A stretch of 64,000 bases of DNA, from IMG/VR virus record IMGVR_UViG_3300005083_000031. One strand, 5' to 3'. This DNA is from an uncultured virus (IMG/VR IMGVR_UViG_3300005083_000031) (taxonomy: Duplodnaviria; Heunggongvirae; Uroviricota; Caudoviricetes). Positions 49,414 to 57,164 of the stretch are shown here, one piece after another. The number at the start of each line of letters is the position of its first letter. Positions within the stretch are counted from its first letter, which is position 1. The translations under genes and the position numbers were made by a program. The notes beneath the pieces were generated by a model. That model was not told where the DNA came from and searched no databases. It worked only from the letters and a program-made list of their open reading frames with translations.

Positions 49414-49646
49414 CAGTACATCTCCTCCATCCTTCCCCGCCTCAGGACCAGCAGGGTGTGGAAGTCCGCCTGGTGGGGGCAGTGCTCGTCGATCCGCGAG
49501 CACACGGGGATGACGTACCCCTCCGGGTGCCAGTCCTCGCACTCCTCGTGCCGCCCCAGCAGGGAGCACACGAGATTGCGGGCCTCGTAGAGCCGCACCC
49601 GCTCCTCCCTGTCCTCCATGTCCGCGATCTTGAACATCTCAGGCAT
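49413..49646 (-). CDS. MPE-array member 4 (MPEMFKIA..., 77 aa)
   Basis: ATGCCTGAG junction; NLVC...Cx6CxxQ. Confidence 0.75.
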   Translation of the reverse strand: MPEMFKIADMEDREERVRLYEARNLVCSLLGRHEECEDWHPEGYVIPVCSRIDEHCPHQADFHTLLVLRRGRMEEMY

Positions 49647-49911
49647 TTCCGTCCCTCCTCTCGAGGATGAGAATCCTCGTCATGAGTTCCTGCACCACCT
49701 CGAACAGCGGCCGCCCGAACTCGGTCGGCGCGTACCTCAGCGCCAGGTTGAAGTTGTCGTTGAAGTCCTCCCGGGTGACCATGTCCCGCCGCACCGCCGA
49801 CACGGCGTCGTCCACGGACTGCACGCTCGCCATCGTCGAGCACCAGTACTGCCCGTGGTTCGCGACGATGGCGTGGCCCCTGTCGGCGGGGTCGTCGAAC
49901 AGCTCAGGCAT
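49639..49911 (-). CDS. MPE-array member 3 (MPELFDDP..., 90 aa; only one Cys)
   Basis: ATGCCTGAG junction. Confidence 0.7.
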   Translation of the reverse strand: MPELFDDPADRGHAIVANHGQYWCSTMASVQSVDDAVSAVRRDMVTREDFNDNFNLALRYAPTEFGRPLFEVVQELMTRILILERRDGNA

Positions 49912-50131
49912 CCCCCGCCTCCAGCGGACGGTGGTGCTCGCACGCCGTGTAGTACAGCGTGCACCGGATCTGTCCGTCCGGGAACTCCCGCCGCCACGAC
50001 ATCCCGCCCACCGTGGCGCAGGCGGAGCCGGGGAAGGCGCACCCCATGCGGTCCTCCGAGACGAGGCGCTCCCGCTCCCGGGTCCGGTGGTGGCTCACGG
50101 CCGCCTCGTCGGCTCTGAATATCTCAGGCAT
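49904..50131 (-). CDS. MPE-array member 2 (MPEIFRAD..., 75 aa)
   Basis: ATGCCTGAG junction; EDRMGC...Cx6C. Confidence 0.75.
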   Translation of the reverse strand: MPEIFRADEAAVSHHRTRERERLVSEDRMGCAFPGSACATVGGMSWRREFPDGQIRCTLYYTACEHHRPLEAGDA

Positions 50132-50342
50132 CCTGAATCCTCCTCATCTGCACAAGGTTCCAGTCAACGTCGGGGTCGATGCGCATCTGGCCGCACCGGC
50201 GGTCCGCGACGTGGCACCGATGGCCCGCCGAGCACCTCAGGAAGCCGGTCTCCCTGAGGGCGAGCCTCATCTCGTGGATCCCGAGGAGCGTCTGGTCCTT
50301 CAGGGACACCTCGCTCTCGTCCACCTCGAACATCTCTGGCAT
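50124..50342 (-). CDS. MPE-array member 1 (MPEMFEVD..., 72 aa)
   Basis: GGGAGAG RBS; ATGCCAGAG start; Cx5Cx6C. Confidence 0.75.
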   Translation of the reverse strand: MPEMFEVDESEVSLKDQTLLGIHEMRLALRETGFLRCSAGHRCHVADRRCGQMRIDPDVDWNLVQMRRIQDA

Positions 50343-50391
50343 GTCTCTCCCCTGTTGCGAGGGGGGCTCGCGCCCCCCTCGGCTGACGTCG

Positions 50392-50766
50392 CTATCCCGG
50401 GTACGGGACGTGGCACATGCGGCCCTCGGGGTCGAGGGCGCACACCGGCTCGGCGAAGGGGGACGACAGCCAGTTGTCCTGGATGCGTCCCGCCTGGCAC
50501 TTCGAGCACACCTCGTCGCCCGGCTGGGCCGCCACGTTCCTCTGCCACCAGTCGTAGTACTCCCACCCGCCCTTCGGGCGGGGCTCGTCGGGGAAGCGCA
50601 CCCACGCCTCCTCCTTGAGCCTCCACTCCTCCTTCACCCTCTCGTACTCCCTGATCATCTCCTCCCTCTTCCGGTTGCGGGCCTCGATCTCCTCGGGGGT
50701 GGGGATGTCCACCTCGACCTCGATCATGACGCCATCAATCCTCTCGACCATCTGCCTCGTGAGCAT
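50392..50766 (-). CDS. Hypothetical protein with Cys-containing C-terminus (MLTRQMV...)
   Basis: AAGGGGG RBS with CAACC leader. Confidence 0.6.
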   Translation of the reverse strand: MLTRQMVERIDGVMIEVEVDIPTPEEIEARNRKREEMIREYERVKEEWRLKEEAWVRFPDEPRPKGGWEYYDWWQRNVAAQPGDEVCSKCQAGRIQDNWLSSPFAEPVCALDPEGRMCHVPYPG

Positions 50767-51025
50767 GGGTTCCCCCTTGCGGTTGAATGGTCTCGAACGC
50801 GTACCATCCGTGCATCCACTTCTGCAGGTACGCGTCCACCGAGACGGCCATCGTCTGCAGCATGCGATGGCCGTCGTCCTCCCTTCCCTCTCCGAACGCC
50901 GTCCACGAGTCCCGGAGGAGGCGGCGCAGCGTGGCGTAGAGTTCCCGCCTCGCCGCCGCCCCCTCCCTGCGTCTCGCCGCCCGGCGCTCGATGCGTCTCG
51001 CGACCTCATCGTCCCGCGGCATCAT
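50735..51025 (-). CDS. Hypothetical protein
   Basis: GGAGG RBS; coupled. Confidence 0.55.
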   Translation of the reverse strand: MMPRDDEVARRIERRAARRREGAAARRELYATLRRLLRDSWTAFGEGREDDGHRMLQTMAVSVDAYLQKWMHGWYAFETIQPQGGTHAHEADGRED

Positions 51026-51341
51026 CCCTCCTGTCCCAGCGGTTCCCGGCCTTGACGCCCCGCCAGGCGATGTACAGCTCCTTGTCCATGAGGCCCGCCC
51101 TCTCCGTCTCCTCCATCACCTCTCGCATGATGTCGGCGATGTAGTGGCAGCGGGCGGCCCAGCGCCTGTGGGGCGCCGGGTCGCAGGCCTCGGGGGAGAG
51201 GGCCGCCACGAGGGCCACCTGGGCCAGCCCGCTGCGCACGGCGTCCTCCTCCCCCACCACGACCGCATGGTAGCGGCCGACGTCCTCGTTCTCCATCCTC
51301 TCCCTGTAGGTGAGGTTGATGTTGATCACCCATTCCTTCAT
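51006..51341 (-). CDS. Hypothetical protein (MKEWVININL...)
   Basis: ATGA-coupled to amidoligase stop. Confidence 0.55.
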   Translation of the reverse strand: MKEWVININLTYRERMENEDVGRYHAVVVGEEDAVRSGLAQVALVAALSPEACDPAPHRRWAARCHYIADIMREVMEETERAGLMDKELYIAWRGVKAGNRWDRRDDAAGR

Positions 51342-53173
51342 ACGGCCATCGCCTCCTCCCCCACGGCGTGAAGGGACATGGTCGGGCCGCCCCACAGGAT
51401 GCGCCCTCCCTCGAAGGAGCGGGCGCTGACGCCCCTCCCCCGGCCGAACTCGTAGAGCCTGTCGTCGCGCAGCGGCACCGACGTCACGCCCTCGTCGTCG
51501 CCCGTGAGCTGGAGGACGCGCAGGCTGTCGCCGTCCATCCACATGGCGGACCACACCTCACCCGACCAGCGCATGCCCCGTCCCTCGCCCGGCGCCTCGA
51601 GGGAGCGGGACGTGATGGTGTCCAGGCGTCCGTCCTCGGTGGCGCGAATGGCGTTGGGCACCCATTCGAGCATGTCGGTGCGGCACATCCCGACCAGCCA
51701 CTCGGCGGTCACCGTCACCCCGCCGAAGGTGAACGTGCGGGTGAAAGCGTCCCGTCCCCGCTCGAAGAGGGTGGGCGTCATGTCCCTGCCGCCCGACGGC
51801 ATGACTATGACGTACCCGTCCCTGATGACCGTCGCCACGCTCCCCACGGGGAAGCGGGTGCGCATCGCCGGGGGCTCGGGGATGCGGGTCTCCTCGCGGC
51901 GCCCGGGGCTGTCGAAGTCGTGCGACACCAGCAGCCCGGTGGCGAGCCACGTGGCGAACTCGGGATATCGGCTGTCGTTCATGGCGTATTCCCTGAATGC
52001 GTTCCACTCGTCCTCGTCCCCCTTGTAGAGGACGGGGTTGTCGCGGGTGAACTGGTGCGTGGCGTGCACGCCCTCGATCATCCGATAGAACTGGTCGATG
52101 CCGTCGGGGGCCACGCATCCCCTGACCTCGACGGTCTTGCCGCCGTTGCCCGTGGCCCAGTTGACCAACTGGTAGCGGTCGTTGCGGCGCATGGCCTCGC
52201 GGATGAGGGCGCGCATCCCGCCGTAGCCCCACGCCACCTTGGCGTAGCCCCCGCTGTAGCGGCGGCACAGGTTGCACAGCCTCCTGTTCCAGAAGTGCTC
52301 GCTCCAGAAGGAGTGGAAGGACTCCTTGTGGGCCTCCCCCATCATGGACGAGCTCAGGTGGATGTGCATGCTCGTCCCGCTGGACTGGGACGCCTCGATG
52401 ATGTCGAGGAACGCCTCCAGCTCCTCCCGGGACTGCTTCCAGTACCTGAGCGTCAGCGGATGGGAGACCCATTCCGCCCCGTTGCGGAGGGAGCCGTCGC
52501 TCTTGGCGTAGAACACGCCCCTCATCATGCCGGACTCCCCGGCGGTGCGGAGGATGCGGGTCAGGCCCGAGGAGTACTCCCTCTCGATCTCCACCCCGAG
52601 GTAGAGGTGGGGCGAGGGCTCGTCGTCAAGCCTGCGGCAGTCCGCCTTGGGCTTGAACGAGTAGCTATGGAGCATGCCCTCGGCCTCGACGTCGCCCGCC
52701 CGGGCGTCCTCGTCCCCGTCCCCGACCCAGTCCGAGACGCGGATGTCGTCGCGGAGGGCGCCGGCGTCCTCGGCGCAGCTCTGGCTGCAGTACAGGCGGT
52801 CGTCCGACCCCCTGTACTGGTCCTCGTCGTCCTCGTGGAAGGAGTCGCCGCACGAGGGGCACGTCTCGTAGTGGTAGTCGTAGCACCTCTGGCAGACGGT
52901 CTCGTCGGTGCGCTCGATCCACGTCGTCTCCGACCGGAGGACGCTGTTGTGGCAGTTGTCGCACACCGTGACGTCCTCGGCGCATCCCTCGCAGAGGAGC
53001 AGGACGCCGCCCCTGCGGTTGGTCCAGCGGTGCATGCGGGCGGGGCCGGGGATCTCCCCGCACGCCATGCACATGCCCTCCGGGGCGTTCCTGTACATGG
53101 CGTCGAGGGCCTCGGGTCCCAGCTCCCAGAGGGCCTCCAGATCGTGACGCTCGGGCATGGTGAAACCGTTCAT
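51338..53173 (-). CDS. Amidoligase (glutamine synthetase-fold COOH-NH2 ligase) with N-terminal zinc-ribbon repeats
   Basis: YLGVEIE, KSDGSL, GAEWVSHP, MHIH, DRY..VN, TVEVR motifs; multiple CxxC. Confidence 0.85.
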   Translation of the reverse strand: MNGFTMPERHDLEALWELGPEALDAMYRNAPEGMCMACGEIPGPARMHRWTNRRGGVLLLCEGCAEDVTVCDNCHNSVLRSETTWIERTDETVCQRCYDYHYETCPSCGDSFHEDDEDQYRGSDDRLYCSQSCAEDAGALRDDIRVSDWVGDGDEDARAGDVEAEGMLHSYSFKPKADCRRLDDEPSPHLYLGVEIEREYSSGLTRILRTAGESGMMRGVFYAKSDGSLRNGAEWVSHPLTLRYWKQSREELEAFLDIIEASQSSGTSMHIHLSSSMMGEAHKESFHSFWSEHFWNRRLCNLCRRYSGGYAKVAWGYGGMRALIREAMRRNDRYQLVNWATGNGGKTVEVRGCVAPDGIDQFYRMIEGVHATHQFTRDNPVLYKGDEDEWNAFREYAMNDSRYPEFATWLATGLLVSHDFDSPGRREETRIPEPPAMRTRFPVGSVATVIRDGYVIVMPSGGRDMTPTLFERGRDAFTRTFTFGGVTVTAEWLVGMCRTDMLEWVPNAIRATEDGRLDTITSRSLEAPGEGRGMRWSGEVWSAMWMDGDSLRVLQLTGDDEGVTSVPLRDDRLYEFGRGRGVSARSFEGGRILWGGPTMSLHAVGEEAMAV

Positions 53174-53209
53174 GCTGTTCTCCTTTGTGGTTGGTGGTTC
53201 GTTCGTGAG

Positions 53210-54073
53210 CTATCCTGCGATCAGGGCCCTGGTGAACTCGGCGTCCTTCCGTTTCTCCTCCCTCTCCTTCTCCGTGGCGGGGACGCGGAGGAAGTAGTCG
53301 TCGAGGACCCAGCAGAACTCGAGGTCCCCGTCGCACGGATGCTTGACCTTCGGGTCGGCGTACTCGCAGCGGTCGCGCCAGTAGCACACCCTCGGCTCCT
53401 CGGGGATGTGGATGTCGTTCCATTCGGAGCAGACCGGGGTCAGGTAGCTGTTGTGGTTGTAGTTCCACACCTTCCCCTTCCCCTTGTAGGTCGGGGTGCA
53501 GGTGCTCCTCCAACTGGTGTTCGAGAACCTGAGCCCCGAGTCGGTGTCGAGGTGCCAGCCGTCGCCCCACCACGCGAGCTGGCGGCGGGGCCACGACCAG
53601 ACGATGATCCTCTGGCTGTGCATCATGGCCGACAGTCCCGGCAGCGACTCCTTGCAGAAGTCGATGTGGCGATGCGGCGCGAGCTGCATGCAGAGCTGAG
53701 CCGTGTCGCTCAGCCCGTCACGCTCGTGGTACTCGACCATGACCCCGTTGTGGACGAGGACCTGGTCGGCGATGTAGTCCAGCGCCCGAAGGTCGTGGAC
53801 ATTGTCGGACAGCGGGAACGGATGGGTCATCCTGATGCTGTGACCCGACGTGCTGACCCTGAAGTGGTACAGGGCGATGTCGTTGTCCCTGACGATGTCG
53901 CGGTTCACGTCGAGCATGCCGTGGAGGTCGAGGGCCTTCTGGACGTGAATGCCCCCGCCGTCGGGGTCGGGGTACGCGATGCCCCCGCCGTCGGGGTTCG
54001 CGTCCCACATGCGACGGATCTCGTCGTCCGTCGGCTTCCTAGACTTTCCATACTTCACGCAGATTACGCACAT
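53210..54073 (-). CDS. Class II (Ntn) glutamine amidotransferase
   Basis: N-terminal MC, NPDG.G, HFR.ST.G, HPF, HNG, SDT motifs. Confidence 0.9.
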   Translation of the reverse strand: MCVICVKYGKSRKPTDDEIRRMWDANPDGGGIAYPDPDGGGIHVQKALDLHGMLDVNRDIVRDNDIALYHFRVSTSGHSIRMTHPFPLSDNVHDLRALDYIADQVLVHNGVMVEYHERDGLSDTAQLCMQLAPHRHIDFCKESLPGLSAMMHSQRIIVWSWPRRQLAWWGDGWHLDTDSGLRFSNTSWRSTCTPTYKGKGKVWNYNHNSYLTPVCSEWNDIHIPEEPRVCYWRDRCEYADPKVKHPCDGDLEFCWVLDDYFLRVPATEKEREEKRKDAEFTRALIAG

Positions 54074-54184
54074 GGTGACTCCTTGGGGTTGAGGTTGGGT
54101 TGGGGATGAAAGGGAGGGCCCCCTAGTCCGAGAAGAACCAGAGGGCCAGGATGACGGCCGAGAGGATGCAGGCCCATGCGGCGC

Positions 54185-54430
54185 TCATCCGCACGCCTCC
54201 TGCCTGAAATGCACGTTGGGCCCCCGCAGGCAGCACGTCTCGACGTCGAGGTGCGTGGGGATGCGGGGGTCGTCGGTGCGGGGGACGAAGCAGTCGTGCT
54301 CGTCCCCCGCGCACACGGAGTACTCGTCGCCGTCCCCGTCGGTGACGACGAGCCTCAGCTCGCACTCGTACGGCGTGGACCCCTTGCCGTCGCCGCACGA
54401 ATGGCGAAAGAACACTCGCGAATCGATCAT
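54185..54430 (-). CDS. Hypothetical protein (MIDSRVFF...)
   Basis: GGAGG RBS. Confidence 0.55.
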   Translation of the reverse strand: MIDSRVFFRHSCGDGKGSTPYECELRLVVTDGDGDEYSVCAGDEHDCFVPRTDDPRIPTHLDVETCCLRGPNVHFRQEACG

Positions 54431-54441
54431 GTCGCATCCTC

Positions 54442-54711
54442 CTAGTTGAGGTTCATGAGGTCGGCCATGTAGCGGTCCTCGTACACGTCGAGCAGGGCGT
54501 ACGCCCTCTCGGCCTGCACGTAGTCGCGCAGGCTCTCCTTCATCAGCGGCGGGTTGGGGATGACGTACCCGCTGCGTCCGTTCCACTCCCCGATGGGCTG
54601 GTGGCTCAGCTCGTCGAAGGCGTCGAAGCAGCCCTTGACGCCCGAGGCCAGGATGTAGCCGCCGTTGTTGTGGGCCGACGAGACCCACTGGTTGAAACTC
54701 TTGGTCTTCAT
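54442..54711 (-). CDS. Hypothetical protein (MKTKSFNQW...)
   Basis: GGGAG RBS. Confidence 0.6.
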   Translation of the reverse strand: MKTKSFNQWVSSAHNNGGYILASGVKGCFDAFDELSHQPIGEWNGRSGYVIPNPPLMKESLRDYVQAERAYALLDVYEDRYMADLMNLN

Positions 54712-54886
54712 GGTAAACTCCCTTCCGCACAGTTCGAGGGGCGAACGGCGCATGTGCGCCGTCCTTCCCGGGAGAATGTGCGATGTGTGTCGCGTCCGAT
54801 TGGGGAATTGGACGGAGGGCCCGGCGTCGGACGTTCGCCGGGCCCTCGTGCGTCCAGACCACCCGCACTCCTTGTCGTGGTTGGGG

Positions 54887-55189
54887 TTAGAGGGGCCACT
54901 CGTTCCTGACCAGCTCGTCGATGGTCTTCATGGCCTCCTCGGACAGCTCGGAGGGGAGCGGCTCCCCGTCGAGCAGGACCTGGAAGATGCGGCTCCTGCC
55001 GTCCATTCTCCCGAACACCTTCAACGACTCCTTCTCGTAGAGGACGTCGAAGTAGAGGGGCGTGTCGCGGTTCCCGCAGTCGACGCGGATCTCCGCATCG
55101 ACCAGCTCCGTGACGTGCACCCCGAGATCCTCGAGGTCGGCCGTCCTGAGGCGGTTGACGGCCGCCTTCATTCTCGTCTCCCTGTCCAT
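54887..55189 (-). CDS. Hypothetical early protein
   Basis: CAACCTCAACC leader plus AAGGAG. Confidence 0.65.
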   Translation of the reverse strand: MDRETRMKAAVNRLRTADLEDLGVHVTELVDAEIRVDCGNRDTPLYFDVLYEKESLKVFGRMDGRSRIFQVLLDGEPLPSELSEEAMKTIDELVRNEWPL

Positions 55190-55320
55190 GGGGAACTCCT
55201 TCGGTTGAGGTTGATGAAAATCAGAAGTTGATGAACGGACTCTCGAACATGCCGAGCGAGAGCGCGTGCAAGGCGCCCACGCCGAGAGTGAAGACGAGGC
55301 AGGCGAAGGTGATCATGCCG

Positions 55321-55722
55321 TCACCCCCTGCCCGTCTCGGGGTCGTAGCCGGGATTCCAGGAGATGGAGCGCCTGTGCTCCGACTCCCAGCGCTGCGCCT
55401 TGCGCTCCCTCGCCACCCGCTCGTAGCTGTCGAGCCACGCCGAGTGACGGGACATGTCCAGGACGAGGATCTCCACCCTGTGCGCCATGCGCATCGTGTG
55501 GAAGCTCCAGTCGTCTCCCTGGACCTGCACGAGGGCCATGGGGATGCCGTCGCGTTCGGCCACGGTCCTCCGGACCCAGTGGATCCAGTGCCGCATCGCC
55601 AGAAGGCGGCGGCTCCGGGCCCAGTTGGGGAAGTCGTCGCCGCACCTTCTCTCGATGTCGTTCTCCCACGCCGCGAACTCGAACCTGTCGAGCCGCACGG
55701 GCCTTTCCAATGTCTCGGGCAT
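55321..55722 (-). CDS. Hypothetical early protein (MPETLERP...)
   Basis: GGGAGG RBS; Trp-rich. Confidence 0.6.
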   Translation of the reverse strand: MPETLERPVRLDRFEFAAWENDIERRCGDDFPNWARSRRLLAMRHWIHWVRRTVAERDGIPMALVQVQGDDWSFHTMRMAHRVEILVLDMSRHSAWLDSYERVARERKAQRWESEHRRSISWNPGYDPETGRG

Positions 55723-55775
55723 GATCGCCCTCCCTGTCGAGGTTGATGGAATCGCATGTGACACCAAAAGATGAA

Positions 55776-55795
55776 GGCCGCCCCGAAGGGCGGCC
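55776..55795 (-). terminator. Hairpin with TTCG loop followed by TTCATCTTTT
   Basis: ggccgccc-cgaa-gggcggcc. Confidence 0.6.
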
Positions 55796-55822
55796 CCCAT
55801 GTGAAGGTGCGCATGCGGGGGA

Positions 55823-56161
55823 CTAGATGAACTCGATGTCCCCCATCCGCCTGCGGAGCATCTTCAGGAAGTCCACCCGGGACTCCATGGAGATGTTGCG
55901 GATCCAGGCGTACCCGGAGTGCTTCACCCCGAGCCTGGTCCCGTCGCCGTCCCGCTCCGACAGGAGCAGGGGTCGCCACCGGTGCATGCCCGTGAGCGGG
56001 CAGGTGGCGAACTCGACGGCCAGCGTCAGCCTCTCGCCGCCCGCCTCGGCGTCGGCGATGCGAAGCCCGAGCCGGACGTCCCTTCCCTCCGCCCCCGAGT
56101 CGCCGACGATCCCGACGAACTCGATGACCTCGGGATCGTTGGGGTTGACATTGAAAGACAT
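55823..56161 (-). CDS. Hypothetical early protein
   Basis: GAGGAGG RBS with CAACC leader. Confidence 0.65.
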   Translation of the reverse strand: MSFNVNPNDPEVIEFVGIVGDSGAEGRDVRLGLRIADAEAGGERLTLAVEFATCPLTGMHRWRPLLLSERDGDGTRLGVKHSGYAWIRNISMESRVDFLKMLRRRMGDIEFI

Positions 56162-56225
56162 GCGTCCTCCTCTACGGTTTGAGGTTGCGTCTGAAGGTTG
56201 ACCCTACACCCGCCGGCATGACGCC

Positions 56226-56468
56226 CTATGCGTCGATGCCGAGCTCCGCCAGCTTGTCCTGGACCTCCATCGAATCGATGGAGGCGAACATGTAGGCGGT
56301 GGAATACGGGAAGCACCCCAACAGGTGGTACTCCCCCGACCTCTTGAGCCACATGCACAGATGGCCTCGCCCGCGACGACGGGTGATCAGCTCGTCGCCA
56401 CGGCGAAGGCCGCCGTTCTCCCCGTCGTCGCGAATGCGGGCGGCGACGGCGTACTTGTTGAAGGACAT
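56226..56468 (-). CDS. Hypothetical early protein (MSFNKYAV...)
   Basis: GGAGG RBS with CAACC leader. Confidence 0.6.
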   Translation of the reverse strand: MSFNKYAVAARIRDDGENGGLRRGDELITRRRGRGHLCMWLKRSGEYHLLGCFPYSTAYMFASIDSMEVQDKLAELGIDA

Positions 56469-56523
56469 GGGAAACCTCCATGGTTGAAGGTGGACAAAAC
56501 AAAAAAGGCCGATGACACCAATG

Positions 56524-56553
56524 AAAGGGGGGAGCCTTGCGGCTCCCCCCTTT
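56524..56553 (-). terminator. Hairpin with GCAA loop, terminator-like
   Basis: aaaggggggagcc-ttgc-ggctcccccc-ttt. Confidence 0.65.
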
Positions 56554-56569
56554 GGTGATGGCATCCGCC

Positions 56570-56860
56570 TTAGAGGCCGACGTCCGCCAGGCCCTTGCGG
56601 GCCATGCGGTCCTTCGCCAGGACGGTGAGGATCGCATCGGCGAGCCTCGGCCACGGCGGGTCGCCCCGCCCGCAGACGTGGTACGTCTGCAGGTAGGCGT
56701 CCCGCTCGTTCTCATCGAGCGGGAACGCGCGCGCCCGCGCCTTGAACTCGGCCGCCGCCGCCCTGTCGGCGGGGGCGTTGGCAAGCTCCCGCTCGATGCG
56801 CCGCCCGAGCGAGACGGACCGGTTCAATTCGACCATCCCGAGACGTTCGCTTTCCTTCAT
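56570..56860 (-). CDS. Hypothetical early protein
   Basis: AAGGAG RBS with CAACC leader. Confidence 0.65.
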   Translation of the reverse strand: MKESERLGMVELNRSVSLGRRIERELANAPADRAAAAEFKARARAFPLDENERDAYLQTYHVCGRGDPPWPRLADAILTVLAKDRMARKGLADVGL

Positions 56861-56951
56861 ATCGAACTCCTTGGGTTGAAGGTTGAATGGATGAGGGCAC
56901 CTGACGCCAGTCGACGGGGCCGCCCCCGAAGGGGCGACCCCATGCCGGCGC

Positions 56952-57164
56952 CTACGCCCAGAGGTACTCGGGCGAGGCGTACGCCTCGCCCAACGTAACG
57001 ACGACCCACGACGGCGCCCACTTCAGGGCGTTGGCGTCCGTGGGACGCCCCAGCTCGGGGTCGCAGTCCCACGCATCCTCCATCGCCGACAGGAAGAGGG
57101 CGTGGAGGCGGCCCGAGGCACGGACGGCGGAAAGGCCGCCGTCGAGGGTGATGTTCGTGTTCAT
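56952..57164 (-). CDS. First gene of leftward early operon, hypothetical
   Basis: AAGGAG RBS. Confidence 0.55.
   Translation of the reverse strand: MNTNITLDGGLSAVRASGRLHALFLSAMEDAWDCDPELGRPTDANALKWAPSWVVVTLGEAYASPEYLWA

Noticed and set aside
36131..54109. Long plus-strand ORFs (710, 545, 755, 837, 913 aa)
   Set aside because: Shadows of primase, helicase, integrase, polymerase and amidoligase genes.
55321..55722. MPETL-starting ORF as a tenth array member
   Set aside because: It is 5 kb away and longer, lacks the Cx6C scaffold and the ATGCCTGA overlap; probably coincidental.
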